This document shows positions 9,287-17,339 of a DNA stretch of 64,000 bases, piece after piece. This DNA is from an uncultured Ruminococcus sp. Its GTDB lineage: Bacteria > Bacillota > Clostridia > Oscillospirales > Ruminococcaceae. The translations under genes were made by a program, and so were the position numbers. The stretch spans positions 16,724 to 80,723 of the forward strand of contig CALXBL010000001.1 of the NCBI GenBank assembly GCA_944386525.1. Reading direction: 5' to 3'. Position 1 is the stretch's first letter; each line of letters starts with the position of its first letter. The notes beneath the pieces were generated by a model. It made no database searches, had not been told where the DNA came from, and saw nothing but the letters and a program-made list of their open reading frames with translations.

Positions 9287-9526
9287 TGGAGCGAATGCAT
9301 TTTTGTTCATTCCGCCCAATCCTCCGGAGGATATCAGTTCACCTTGAACAACGCTCTAGTTCACAATCGGTTTCCTACATTTTTTGACGATGTCCATGGT
9401 TCTGAGATAGAGTATTTGATCAGCAGTATGAGTAAATGTCGGTAATGAAATTATTCATAGGCATAAAATTCCATATTATTTCTTGAGAAGCAGGCTGTTT
9501 CGCCTTACCACCCCATCCATACACCT

Positions 9527-11044
9527 TTATATCTGAATAACTTTCGTAGCAATAGTTTCTCTGAACGCTTTGTCATGCTCCACAAAAATCATAGTCGGCG
9601 TATATTCTGTCAACAGCTTTTCGATTTGCATACGTGAATAGATGTCGATAAAATTCAGTGGTTCGTCCCAGATATAAAGGTGTGCAGGAGTAAGCAAACT
9701 TGATGCTATCAATACTTTTTTCTTCTGCCCCTCAGAGAAGTTGCTCATATCTTTTGTGAACTGAATGCGTTCAAAATCAAGCTGACGCAACAATGCACCA
9801 AACATTGCTCTATCAAGTCTTTTTTCTTCACAAAAGTCCCAGATGCTGCCTTGCAGAAAAGAAGTGTCCTGACTGATATAGGATATAATCAATCCCGAAG
9901 CCGTTTCGCATATTCCATTTTCAGTAAAACTGCCTAACGATGTTTCAATGCCGCTTTGCTGCAATATTCGTTTGATAAGTGTGGATTTTCCACATCCATT
10001 GCGGCCATCAAGTGCAATTCTGTCGCTTTTATTTACAGTGAAGGATATGTTGTTCAGCACAGCACAGTCTGCACCGCTATAGGTCAAACTGTAATCATGG
10101 AGATAAACAAGAGTATTTTTGTGATGCACCATAGGATTCAGCTTAAGGTCGGCAATGCGTTCAATATCTCCCAGAAGTCCTTCCTTTTTCTCAATTTCTC
10201 GAGCAGTGCGTTTTTCTATATGCTTTACACGACTTTGCATTTTCTTAGTTTTCGACCCGATATACGAACGTGTGCTGATAGAGCGGTCGTGCTCTTTAAT
10301 CGGATCAAAACCAATTTTGGTGCTCTCACTTTTTTCAGCCCATTCGGCAGTACGTTTCGCTGCCTGTTTCAGCTTTTTTATTTCCTTCCGATGCTTTTCA
10401 TCTTCGGCAATAGCAAATTGGTCCTTATACTTTTTATTTTCCCACCATGAGCTGAAATTTCCGTTTTGAACCTCAATATTCATTCTATTGATTGAAAGAA
10501 TATGGTCAACACAGCCGTCAAGAAAATGTCTGTCGTGAGAAACAAGGATAAATCCTTTTTTCTTTTTGAGATAGTCTGAAACAATAACTCTTGCCCTTGT
10601 ATCAAGATGATTTGTCGGCTCATCAATCAGAAGAAAATGTCGCTCATTCAAGAACAACGCCGCAAGCAGTACCTTAGTCTGTTCGCCATTTGAAAGAGTT
10701 TCAAATGGTCTGTAAAGCACTTCTGCATCAACTTCAAGATAATTTAGTTCACGGATAAACTCCCAATCCTGTGCAGAAGATATTTCTGATACGATGTCGA
10801 GTGTCATTCTGCTCTTGTCGGACACCTCATATGGAAAATAGTCGAACTGTAAATCCGAAATGATTTTTCCGCTGTACTCATATTTTCCAAGCAGAAGGTT
10901 TAAAAATGTAGTTTTTCCTCTGCCGTTTCTGCCTATAAATCCGAGTTTCCAATCACTGTCTATCTGAAAACAGGCATTTTCAAATATGTTGTCAAAACTT
11001 CCGGGATACGAAAATGTGAGATTCTCTGCTTTTATCATTGACAT
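9527..11044 (-). CDS. ABC-F ribosomal-protection ATPase, Lsa-like (ARE-type)
   Basis: Two ABC cassettes: GFIGRNGRGKTT with LSNGEQTKV, and LDGRNGCGKST with FSEGQKKKV. A charged interdomain linker separates them (KKYKDQFAIAEDEKHRKEIKKLKQAAKRTAEWAEK) and there is no TM domain. The N-terminus MSMIKAENLTFSYPGSFDNIFENACFQIDSDWKLGFIGRNGRGKTTFLNLL matches the Lsa subfamily as I remember it. I chose the start at 11044 (GGAGG RBS) rather than the track start at 11173. Confidence 0.85.
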   Translation of the reverse strand: MSMIKAENLTFSYPGSFDNIFENACFQIDSDWKLGFIGRNGRGKTTFLNLLLGKYEYSGKIISDLQFDYFPYEVSDKSRMTLDIVSEISSAQDWEFIRELNYLEVDAEVLYRPFETLSNGEQTKVLLAALFLNERHFLLIDEPTNHLDTRARVIVSDYLKKKKGFILVSHDRHFLDGCVDHILSINRMNIEVQNGNFSSWWENKKYKDQFAIAEDEKHRKEIKKLKQAAKRTAEWAEKSESTKIGFDPIKEHDRSISTRSYIGSKTKKMQSRVKHIEKRTAREIEKKEGLLGDIERIADLKLNPMVHHKNTLVYLHDYSLTYSGADCAVLNNISFTVNKSDRIALDGRNGCGKSTLIKRILQQSGIETSLGSFTENGICETASGLIISYISQDTSFLQGSIWDFCEEKRLDRAMFGALLRQLDFERIQFTKDMSNFSEGQKKKVLIASSLLTPAHLYIWDEPLNFIDIYSRMQIEKLLTEYTPTMIFVEHDKAFRETIATKVIQI

Positions 11045-11057
11045 AATATCAACCTCC

Positions 11058-11098
11058 AAAAAATAAAAATAGACTGCAAGAAAGCAATTCTTACAGTC
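11058..11098 (-). terminator. Intrinsic terminator of the ABC-F leader (attenuator)
   Basis: On the minus strand, GACTGTAAGAA - TTGCT - TTCTTGCAGTC (11 bp, one G-U), followed by TATTTTTATTTTTT. This runs directly into the GGAGG RBS of the ABC-F gene. Confidence 0.8.
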
Positions 11099-11216
11099 CA
11101 CATAACAGCATAGTCCGCAGTCAATGACAACAGACAGTATCTCACAGTGAAAAGAATGTGTGCTTTCCTGCAAAAGGATACAATTATGCCGTAAAATAGG
11201 AATAACTGTATTTCAA

Positions 11217-11240
11217 TCATCTGCAAGAAAACTTACGCAT
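11217..11240 (-). CDS. 7-codon leader peptide MRKFSCR of the ABC-F attenuator
   Basis: AAGGAG is 8 nt upstream of ATG (11240-11238) and the stop TGA is at 11219-11217. The ORF overlaps attenuator segment 1. Confidence 0.5.
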   Translation of the reverse strand: MRKFSCR

Positions 11241-11271
11241 CTTTCCATCTCCTTTGTATCAATATGACTCC

Positions 11272-11300
11272 ATTATATCATGAAAACAAATAAAAGTCAA
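11272..11300 (-). promoter_or_regulatory. Sigma-A promoter of the ABC-F leader
   Basis: TTGACT (11300-11295), a 17-nt spacer, then TGaTATAAT (TATAAT at 11277-11272). Confidence 0.65.
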
Positions 11301-11428
11301 TATTAAATAACAATTAAATAAATTACAAACAAAACCCATATGAACTATGGTGTCGAGTTCTATTACACTACATGAAAGCAGATTTCTATTAGACGCTTTA
11401 CAGTAGAAGAACCCGTTAATCAGCACGA

Positions 11429-12976
11429 TTAGTCAAGCTCTGTAGTATAGCACTTAAAAACTTCATCAACAAACGTTTCGTCGGGTTTCTTTGTAAATAT
11501 GCTTACTACAGGCACTACTACAATTGAAAGTATCATTACGATTGCTCCGATATTTATAGGAGACGCCAAATTCAGCGGACAAAGACCTGCAATGTCTGAT
11601 GCAAGCTCCGGGAACAGACCAAAGCCAATCAGGAACATATGAGCCAATGTGAGTCCTATACCAAGCACAAAGCTTGTCCATACAGCAGCTTTTGTAACCT
11701 TCTTGCTGAAAAGTCCCCACATATACGGACCAAGAAACGCTCCTGCAAGTGCACCCCATGAGTAGGACATAAGAGTTGAAATTGATGCGTTCTTATTAAA
11801 CGCTATAATTACTGAGATAACAAGGAACACTGCAATAAGTGCACGCATGATCAGTATCTCTTTCTTCTCGTCATTCTTCTTCATACGAGGCTTTACAAAG
11901 TCGATAGTAAGTGTGGAGCTTGATGTGAGAACAAGTGATGAAAGCGTCGACATCGATGCTGAAAGCACCAGAACTACTACCAGTCCAATAAGTATATCCG
12001 GCAGAGCTGCTTCAAGCATTTCCGGAACAAGATCGTCGTATACAGGTTTTTCACCCTCCGGTACAGTATTGTAAAGTCTGTTGAATCCGCCCATCAGGTA
12101 CGAACCGCCTGCTACTATAAGGGCAAATACTGTGGAAATGATAGTGCCCTTCTTAACAGCGTCGTTATCCTTGATAGCATAGAACTTGTGTACCATCTGC
12201 GGCAAACCCCATGTTCCCAGAGATGTGAGAATGACTACACCCAGAAGATTTATCGGGTCGGGTCCTAAAAGACTTGAGAATGAGCCTTTTGCTGCATTTT
12301 CAGTCTCGATCTCGCTAAGCTTTGATACAGCCTCGCTCCAGCCGCCCTGACCGTTGATAACGCATACAACTACTGCTACAATACCAATGAGCATTACAAT
12401 GCCCTGTACAAAGTCGTTTAGCGCTGTTGCTGTATATCCGCCCATAATTACATAGACAGCTGTGATGACAGCCATTGCCACAATGATAAATCTGTATGCC
12501 GACTCCGACTCAAATCCCAGTGCCATTGCAAAAAGTCTTGACAGACCATTATATACCGACGCTGTATAAGGAATAAGGAATATGAACACTATAAGAGCAG
12601 CCGCAACCTTCAGTCCCTTTGAGTTGAACCTCTTTTCAAAGAACTCAGGCATGGTCTTTGAATTAGTATGCTTAGTCATCATCCTTGTTCTCTTACCCAG
12701 AACCATCCATGCAACAGCACTGCCAAGAATTGCATTGCCTATACCTATCCATGTTGCAGAAAGTCCGTAGTTCCAGCCAAACTGTCCGGCGTAGCCTATA
12801 AATACAACCGCTGAAAAATATGATGTACCGTAGGCAAACGCTGTGAGCCACGAGCCTACTCCTCGTCCGCCAAGTACAAAGTCACTTACGGATCTTGTTT
12901 TTCGTGATGTGTAAAATCCGATGCCCAGCATTACTATAACGTAAATGACAAGCATCGCAATTGTAACCCCTATCAT
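11429..12976 (-). CDS. Sodium:solute symporter (SSS) family transporter
   Basis: 515 aa with about 13 TM segments. The N-terminus (GFYTSRKTRSVSDFVLGGRGVGSWLTAFAYGTSYFSAVVFIGYAG) is typical of PutP/PanF/SSS proteins. The substrate cannot be determined from sequence. Confidence 0.8.
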   Translation of the reverse strand: MIGVTIAMLVIYVIVMLGIGFYTSRKTRSVSDFVLGGRGVGSWLTAFAYGTSYFSAVVFIGYAGQFGWNYGLSATWIGIGNAILGSAVAWMVLGKRTRMMTKHTNSKTMPEFFEKRFNSKGLKVAAALIVFIFLIPYTASVYNGLSRLFAMALGFESESAYRFIIVAMAVITAVYVIMGGYTATALNDFVQGIVMLIGIVAVVVCVINGQGGWSEAVSKLSEIETENAAKGSFSSLLGPDPINLLGVVILTSLGTWGLPQMVHKFYAIKDNDAVKKGTIISTVFALIVAGGSYLMGGFNRLYNTVPEGEKPVYDDLVPEMLEAALPDILIGLVVVLVLSASMSTLSSLVLTSSSTLTIDFVKPRMKKNDEKKEILIMRALIAVFLVISVIIAFNKNASISTLMSYSWGALAGAFLGPYMWGLFSKKVTKAAVWTSFVLGIGLTLAHMFLIGFGLFPELASDIAGLCPLNLASPINIGAIVMILSIVVVPVVSIFTKKPDETFVDEVFKCYTTELD

Positions 12977-13040
12977 TACAATCGCCTCCTTGAATTTAAT
13001 AATTTAAAGTGTTAAAGACTTAAAGCACTAAAACATATTC

Positions 13041-13069
13041 ATTTTATCAGATATTTAAAGCTTTGTCAA
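13041..13069 (-). promoter_or_regulatory. Sigma-A promoter for the SSS transporter gene
   Basis: TTGACA (13069-13064), a 17-nt spacer, then TAAAAT (13046-13041). Confidence 0.55.
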
Positions 13070-13132
13070 TAGCAAGCTAAAAATTCGGCATTATGACAAA
13101 AACTATCATTTTCTTTTATACATAATAACAAA

Positions 13133-13160
13133 GGCGGTGCAAGCATTAGCAAGCACCGCC
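13133..13160 (-). terminator. Intrinsic terminator downstream of the permease gene
   Basis: On the minus strand, GGCGGTGC - loop - GCACCGCC, followed by TTTGTTATTAT, about 35 nt after the stop at 13194. Confidence 0.6.
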
Positions 13161-13193
13161 CTTCAGGCAGAACATACTTGAATATATTCCTGA

Positions 13194-14441
13194 TTACAGA
13201 TATGTCAGGAACTGAGTGCAAAGTACGACTAGTATCAGTGCGATTGGATATGTTGCTGCATATGCAGAAGCAACATTAGGTGTACCTGTAAGGTTAATAA
13301 GTGAACCAAGAGCCGGTGTACTTGTCATACCTCCTGTGATAGAGCCGAGATTGTTGAACAGGCTCAGCTTCAGAACATACTTTGCTACAAAGAAGCCTAC
13401 AAACATAGGAACGATAGTCATGATAGCGCCCCATACGAACAGCATCAAGCCATATTCCTGAAGTGTTGCAACAAAGCCCGCACCGCCGTCTACGCCGGCA
13501 CCGATAAGGAAAAGTACAAGACCAAGTTCCTGGAAGATGCTGAGCATATGCTCGTTTACCTTCAGACTCAGTTTGCCGATCCTGCCAAAGTGACCAAAGA
13601 TAAGACCCATGATCAGCGGACCGCCTGTTGTGCCCAGATTAAATGAGTTGCCGCCACCAAGCGGAATGTTGATAGCACCAATAAGCAGACCAACCATGAT
13701 GACAAGTGCAAATGAACCAAGACCAAACTTGTCCATCTCAAAGAGCTTGAGATCCTTCTTTTCTTCAGATGCGCCGGTATCAACTACAACCAGCTTAGCA
13801 CGTTCTTCGACCATATTTGCCTTCATTACCTTAGGCACGATCTGTACAAAGAGTACAACGCCGATAACGCCAAATGGATATGCTACAGCATGACCTACAG
13901 AAATCTCCTTGAACTGCTCTTCGGAAATAAGTCCCTCTAACGCACCCTGTGCCGCTGCAAATGCCGGTGTACTTGTAAGAGAACCAGACATAAGTCCTGT
14001 TGCCATAGCAGAATTCATTCCCGGTACAAACAGGATTATAAGTGCGCAGCAAAGTGCACCTGTTAAAATTATGATTGCTCCTAAGAATACATAGGACTTA
14101 GCATTCTTCTTCAGATTCTTAAAGAAGCTGGGACCTGCAATAAGACCAACAGATGTCACAAACAATACCAGACCCAGATTCTGTACCAGACTCATGTAGT
14201 CCGCAATCTTATCTGCGCTGTCTGCCCATGCGTGACCTTCGCTTGTCATAATGCCGTTGAAATGACCTGCAAAAAGTGCAACCAGGAAGATCGCCGCTGT
14301 ACCAAGTGATACACCCTTGACCGAAATCTTACCAATTAAATAGCCAACTACGATAATGGCAAAAATAAATAATAATACAATCGCCATTGCCTTCATATTG
14401 AAGATATACGTACCGGCTACTTCGAGAAATTGAAAATTCAT
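13194..14441 (-). CDS. Polytopic permease, AAE/YidE-YbjL-like (aspartate:alanine exchanger superfamily) without TrkA-C domains
   Basis: Internally duplicated hydrophobic halves (GLVLFVTSVGLIAGPSF and GLVLFLIGAGVDGGAGF) as in Asp-Al_Ex repeats. I chose the start at 14441 (AAGGAGAGG RBS) rather than the track start at 14489. Confidence 0.5.
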   Translation of the reverse strand: MNFQFLEVAGTYIFNMKAMAIVLLFIFAIIVVGYLIGKISVKGVSLGTAAIFLVALFAGHFNGIMTSEGHAWADSADKIADYMSLVQNLGLVLFVTSVGLIAGPSFFKNLKKNAKSYVFLGAIIILTGALCCALIILFVPGMNSAMATGLMSGSLTSTPAFAAAQGALEGLISEEQFKEISVGHAVAYPFGVIGVVLFVQIVPKVMKANMVEERAKLVVVDTGASEEKKDLKLFEMDKFGLGSFALVIMVGLLIGAINIPLGGGNSFNLGTTGGPLIMGLIFGHFGRIGKLSLKVNEHMLSIFQELGLVLFLIGAGVDGGAGFVATLQEYGLMLFVWGAIMTIVPMFVGFFVAKYVLKLSLFNNLGSITGGMTSTPALGSLINLTGTPNVASAYAATYPIALILVVLCTQFLTYL

Positions 14442-14806
14442 ACGCCTCTCCTTAATTGTTTTTTCAGGGCGTACCGGAAAACTCTGCATAACAGCTTTCC
14501 GATACGTCCTGCCTGAATTTAGATGACCTCTGACTGAAAGCCTTGAAAATTATATCACAATATGCTAAAATTGTCAATATAAACAAGCAGATGCTTAACA
14601 CAAAATCGGTACTTCTTTTATTTTTCCCCAAATAGTGGGCAAAGTATTGTAACATATGCTAAACCAGTTTTTGCATATTTTTCGGCAGATAATATTTTCG
14701 AGTAAAAATCTGAAAATTCCTCAAAAATCTCTTTTCTCCGCTGATAAAATGTGGTATAATAATAAAATGGAATATCCATCATGAATTTTAGAAAGGAGAA
14801 CTTTTT

Positions 14807-16006
14807 ATGACTAAAAAATCAACACCTAAAACAAAAAAACAAATAAACGAAGCCGCTCGACGCAAGAAAAAAAGAAAACGTGCTTTCCGCAAAGCTATGG
14901 ACGTTACGGCTGCTGTGCTCATTTTCGGGCTGTTCGGTGCTGCCGTAGCATATCCGCTTGCGACTGGCATGATAAGCATAAATCCTATGACCGGTCAGGA
15001 AACGCTTGGCACTGTAAAGGAAACTGATGAAAACGGCGAGTTTATCTTTGAAACTACTGAAGCTACAACCGAAACATTCTACGAAACCGTCACCATCGAT
15101 AATAAGGATATATATAAAGGCGAGCTTATCCTTGTAAATGCAGACTATCCGTTTGAAAGTGCTGCTGATGCAAATATCCTCACGCTTTTTGAGGAAAAGA
15201 CTGACTCCTACAGCGTGAGCGGTATGGATGTTGGTATGCAGGAAGCTGCTGTTGAACCTCTCAACAATATGCTGGACGACTTTTACAGCGAAACAGGGCA
15301 CAACGACATCCTCGTTATCGATGCTTTCCGCACCCTTGAAAAACAGCAGGAGCTCTATGATGCCGATCTTGAACGTACCGGTCTTGATACTTCCACGCTT
15401 GTAGCTCTCCCTGGGCATAGTGAGCATGAATCAGGCTATGCACTCGACTTCTCCCTTTTCTTCCCCGACGGTTCCTCCGGCGACTACGACGGAACAGGCG
15501 ATTATAACTGGATTGATGAACACTGCGCCGACTACGGCTTTATACTCCGCTATCCTGCTGACAAGACAGAGATAACTAAGATCCAGTATGAAGCATGGCA
15601 CTACCGCTATGTGGGCAAACCTCACGCCTACTACATCATGCAAAGCGGCATATGTCTTGAGGAATATATCGACCAGTTGAAGGAGCATACTATTGAATCA
15701 CCTCTTGAGATAGTCGATAGCGATGGTTCAGCATATGCTGTATATTACGTTCCTGCCGAAACAGACAAGACTGTAACATATGCTCCCCTACTGGCAGACC
15801 ACCCATATACCATATCCGGCAACAACGCTGACGGATTCATAATCACCGCAGACCTACAGGAAAAACGTGAGCTTGTATCCTACACAAAACCCGTTGAAGA
15901 AGTAACCGGCATTACTACCGATGAATACGGAAATGTGGTAACATCAAAAACAAGCGACGCTGTATCCTCATCTACAACAACAACAACTGTATATGCTGTG
16001 GGATAA
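14807..16006 (+). CDS. Membrane-anchored M15-family D-alanyl-D-alanine carboxypeptidase (VanY-like)
   Basis: A basic N-terminal tail and one TM segment. The zinc-peptidase motifs are LPGHSEHESGYALD (SxHxxGxAxD) and EAWHYRYVG (ExxH). Confidence 0.8.
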   Translation: MTKKSTPKTKKQINEAARRKKKRKRAFRKAMDVTAAVLIFGLFGAAVAYPLATGMISINPMTGQETLGTVKETDENGEFIFETTEATTETFYETVTIDNKDIYKGELILVNADYPFESAADANILTLFEEKTDSYSVSGMDVGMQEAAVEPLNNMLDDFYSETGHNDILVIDAFRTLEKQQELYDADLERTGLDTSTLVALPGHSEHESGYALDFSLFFPDGSSGDYDGTGDYNWIDEHCADYGFILRYPADKTEITKIQYEAWHYRYVGKPHAYYIMQSGICLEEYIDQLKEHTIESPLEIVDSDGSAYAVYYVPAETDKTVTYAPLLADHPYTISGNNADGFIITADLQEKRELVSYTKPVEEVTGITTDEYGNVVTSKTSDAVSSSTTTTTVYAVG

Positions 16007-16112
16007 AATATTGCCTATTGCATTTTCTCTCATAATAGTGTATAATAATAATGGTGTGTAATACACTTCTGATTTTTTCTTTTTATTTTTTGACGAATGA
16101 CCTCCGTCAGCG

Positions 16113-16152
16113 CCCGATGCCAAACCATATTTTCCGGCATCGGGTATTTTTT
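16113..16152 (+). terminator. Intrinsic terminator after the VanY-like gene
   Basis: CCCGATGCC - loop - GGCATCGGG, followed by TATTTTTTT. Confidence 0.75.
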
Positions 16153-16156
16153 TACA

Positions 16157-16187
16157 CAAAAAAGTGCACCGCCTTAGCGATGCACTT
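16157..16187 (-). terminator. Intrinsic terminator after pfkA
   Basis: On the minus strand, AAGTGCA - 12-nt loop - TGCACTT, followed by TTTTGTG. Confidence 0.55.
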
Positions 16188-16209
16188 TATGATTTATAAT
16201 AATCAGAGC

Positions 16210-17175
16210 TTAGAAAAATGCAATATCCTGAGCAATCTTATGAAGTCTCTCGTCATATGGCTTGCTCATAGAGAGCGCTTCCTGTATGTCGAAGTCAACT
16301 ATCTCATTCTTCTGCATACCAACAACACGATTGCCAATGCCCTGAGACAACAGCTCTACTGCATAATAACCCATTTCGCTTGCTACTACACGGTCACGAA
16401 CTGTAGGTGAACCGCCTCTCTGAACATGACCAAGGATCGTTGCACGAGCCTCAATACCGGTCTTCTCCTGGATAGCAGTTGCAATTTCCTGGGAATGACC
16501 AACGTTTTCAGACACAACAATGATGAAGTTCTGCTTGCCATTCTTCTTGCACTCCAGCATATCCTTGGCAATTTGATCCAGATCATAAGGCATTTCCTTT
16601 GTGATGATATCAATAGCTCCGCAGGCAACTGCTGTATTAACTGCGATAAAACCTGCACCTCTGCCCATAACCTCAACTACACAGCAGCGATCATGAGACT
16701 GACTTGTATCCTGAAGCTTGTCAATCATCTCCATAGCTGTATTCATAGCTGTATCATAACCTATAGTGTATTCAGTACAAGCAATATCGTTATCTATAGT
16801 GCCGGGCAGACCAACAGTCAGAATGCCTCGTGCAGAAAGATCAGCTGCTCCACGGAAAGAACCGTCACCACCAATAACTACGATGCCCTCAAGACCAAAC
16901 TTTTCACAATTAGCCTTTGCGATCTGCATACCTTCTTCAGTACGGAATTCAGCACTTCTTGCAGTGTAAAGCATAGTGCCGCCCTTATGAGTGATGTTGG
17001 AAACACTCATCTCATCCATCTCGATAATATCGCCATCAATAAGACCGCAGTAACCACGACGGATACCGTAAACCTTGATGCCCTTCTTCAGAGCTGCACG
17101 AACTACGGCACGGATAGCCGCATTCATACCCGGAGCGTCACCGCCGCTTGTCAGTACACCAATCGTCTTAATCAT
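16210..17175 (-). CDS. pfkA: ATP-dependent 6-phosphofructokinase
   Basis: MIKTIGVLTSGGDAPGMNAAIRAVVR, IGGDGS, PGTIDND and MGR motifs, 321 aa. Confidence 0.95.
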   Translation of the reverse strand: MIKTIGVLTSGGDAPGMNAAIRAVVRAALKKGIKVYGIRRGYCGLIDGDIIEMDEMSVSNITHKGGTMLYTARSAEFRTEEGMQIAKANCEKFGLEGIVVIGGDGSFRGAADLSARGILTVGLPGTIDNDIACTEYTIGYDTAMNTAMEMIDKLQDTSQSHDRCCVVEVMGRGAGFIAVNTAVACGAIDIITKEMPYDLDQIAKDMLECKKNGKQNFIIVVSENVGHSQEIATAIQEKTGIEARATILGHVQRGGSPTVRDRVVASEMGYYAVELLSQGIGNRVVGMQKNEIVDFDIQEALSMSKPYDERLHKIAQDIAFF

Positions 17176-17339
17176 ATTATTCTCCTCCGATTATCTACAA
17201 AATTTCAGGAAGTGCAAGCACTCCCCGAACTCATAACATTGCATTATATTATAATTATACCTCATATATTTTATTTGTCAAGAACCAACTTTAAAATTTA
17301 ACATTTTATAGCAAATTAAAAAAGAGTCTGTACCTGACT

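Noticed and set aside
9290-9526. A possible decayed gene or IS remnant in the long gap after the ABC-F gene. All three minus frames and the 62-aa plus ORF at 8964-9152 were read.
   Set aside because: The frames are broken by frequent stops, and none of the short peptides resembles a transposase, integrase or other family that I can recognise. No terminal inverted repeats or target duplications were seen. The region is treated as regulatory or leader DNA instead.
11045-11173. Upstream in-frame extensions in the ORF track: ABC-F start 11173, permease 14489, rubrerythrin 37277, asnB 42055, collagen-like 51280, GT2-TPR 52301, leuA 54229 and dockerin protein 34704.
   Set aside because: In each case a downstream ATG has a proper Shine-Dalgarno at 5-10 nt and gives the conserved family N-terminus. 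The extensions run through promoters, terminators, the T-box or the neighbouring gene.
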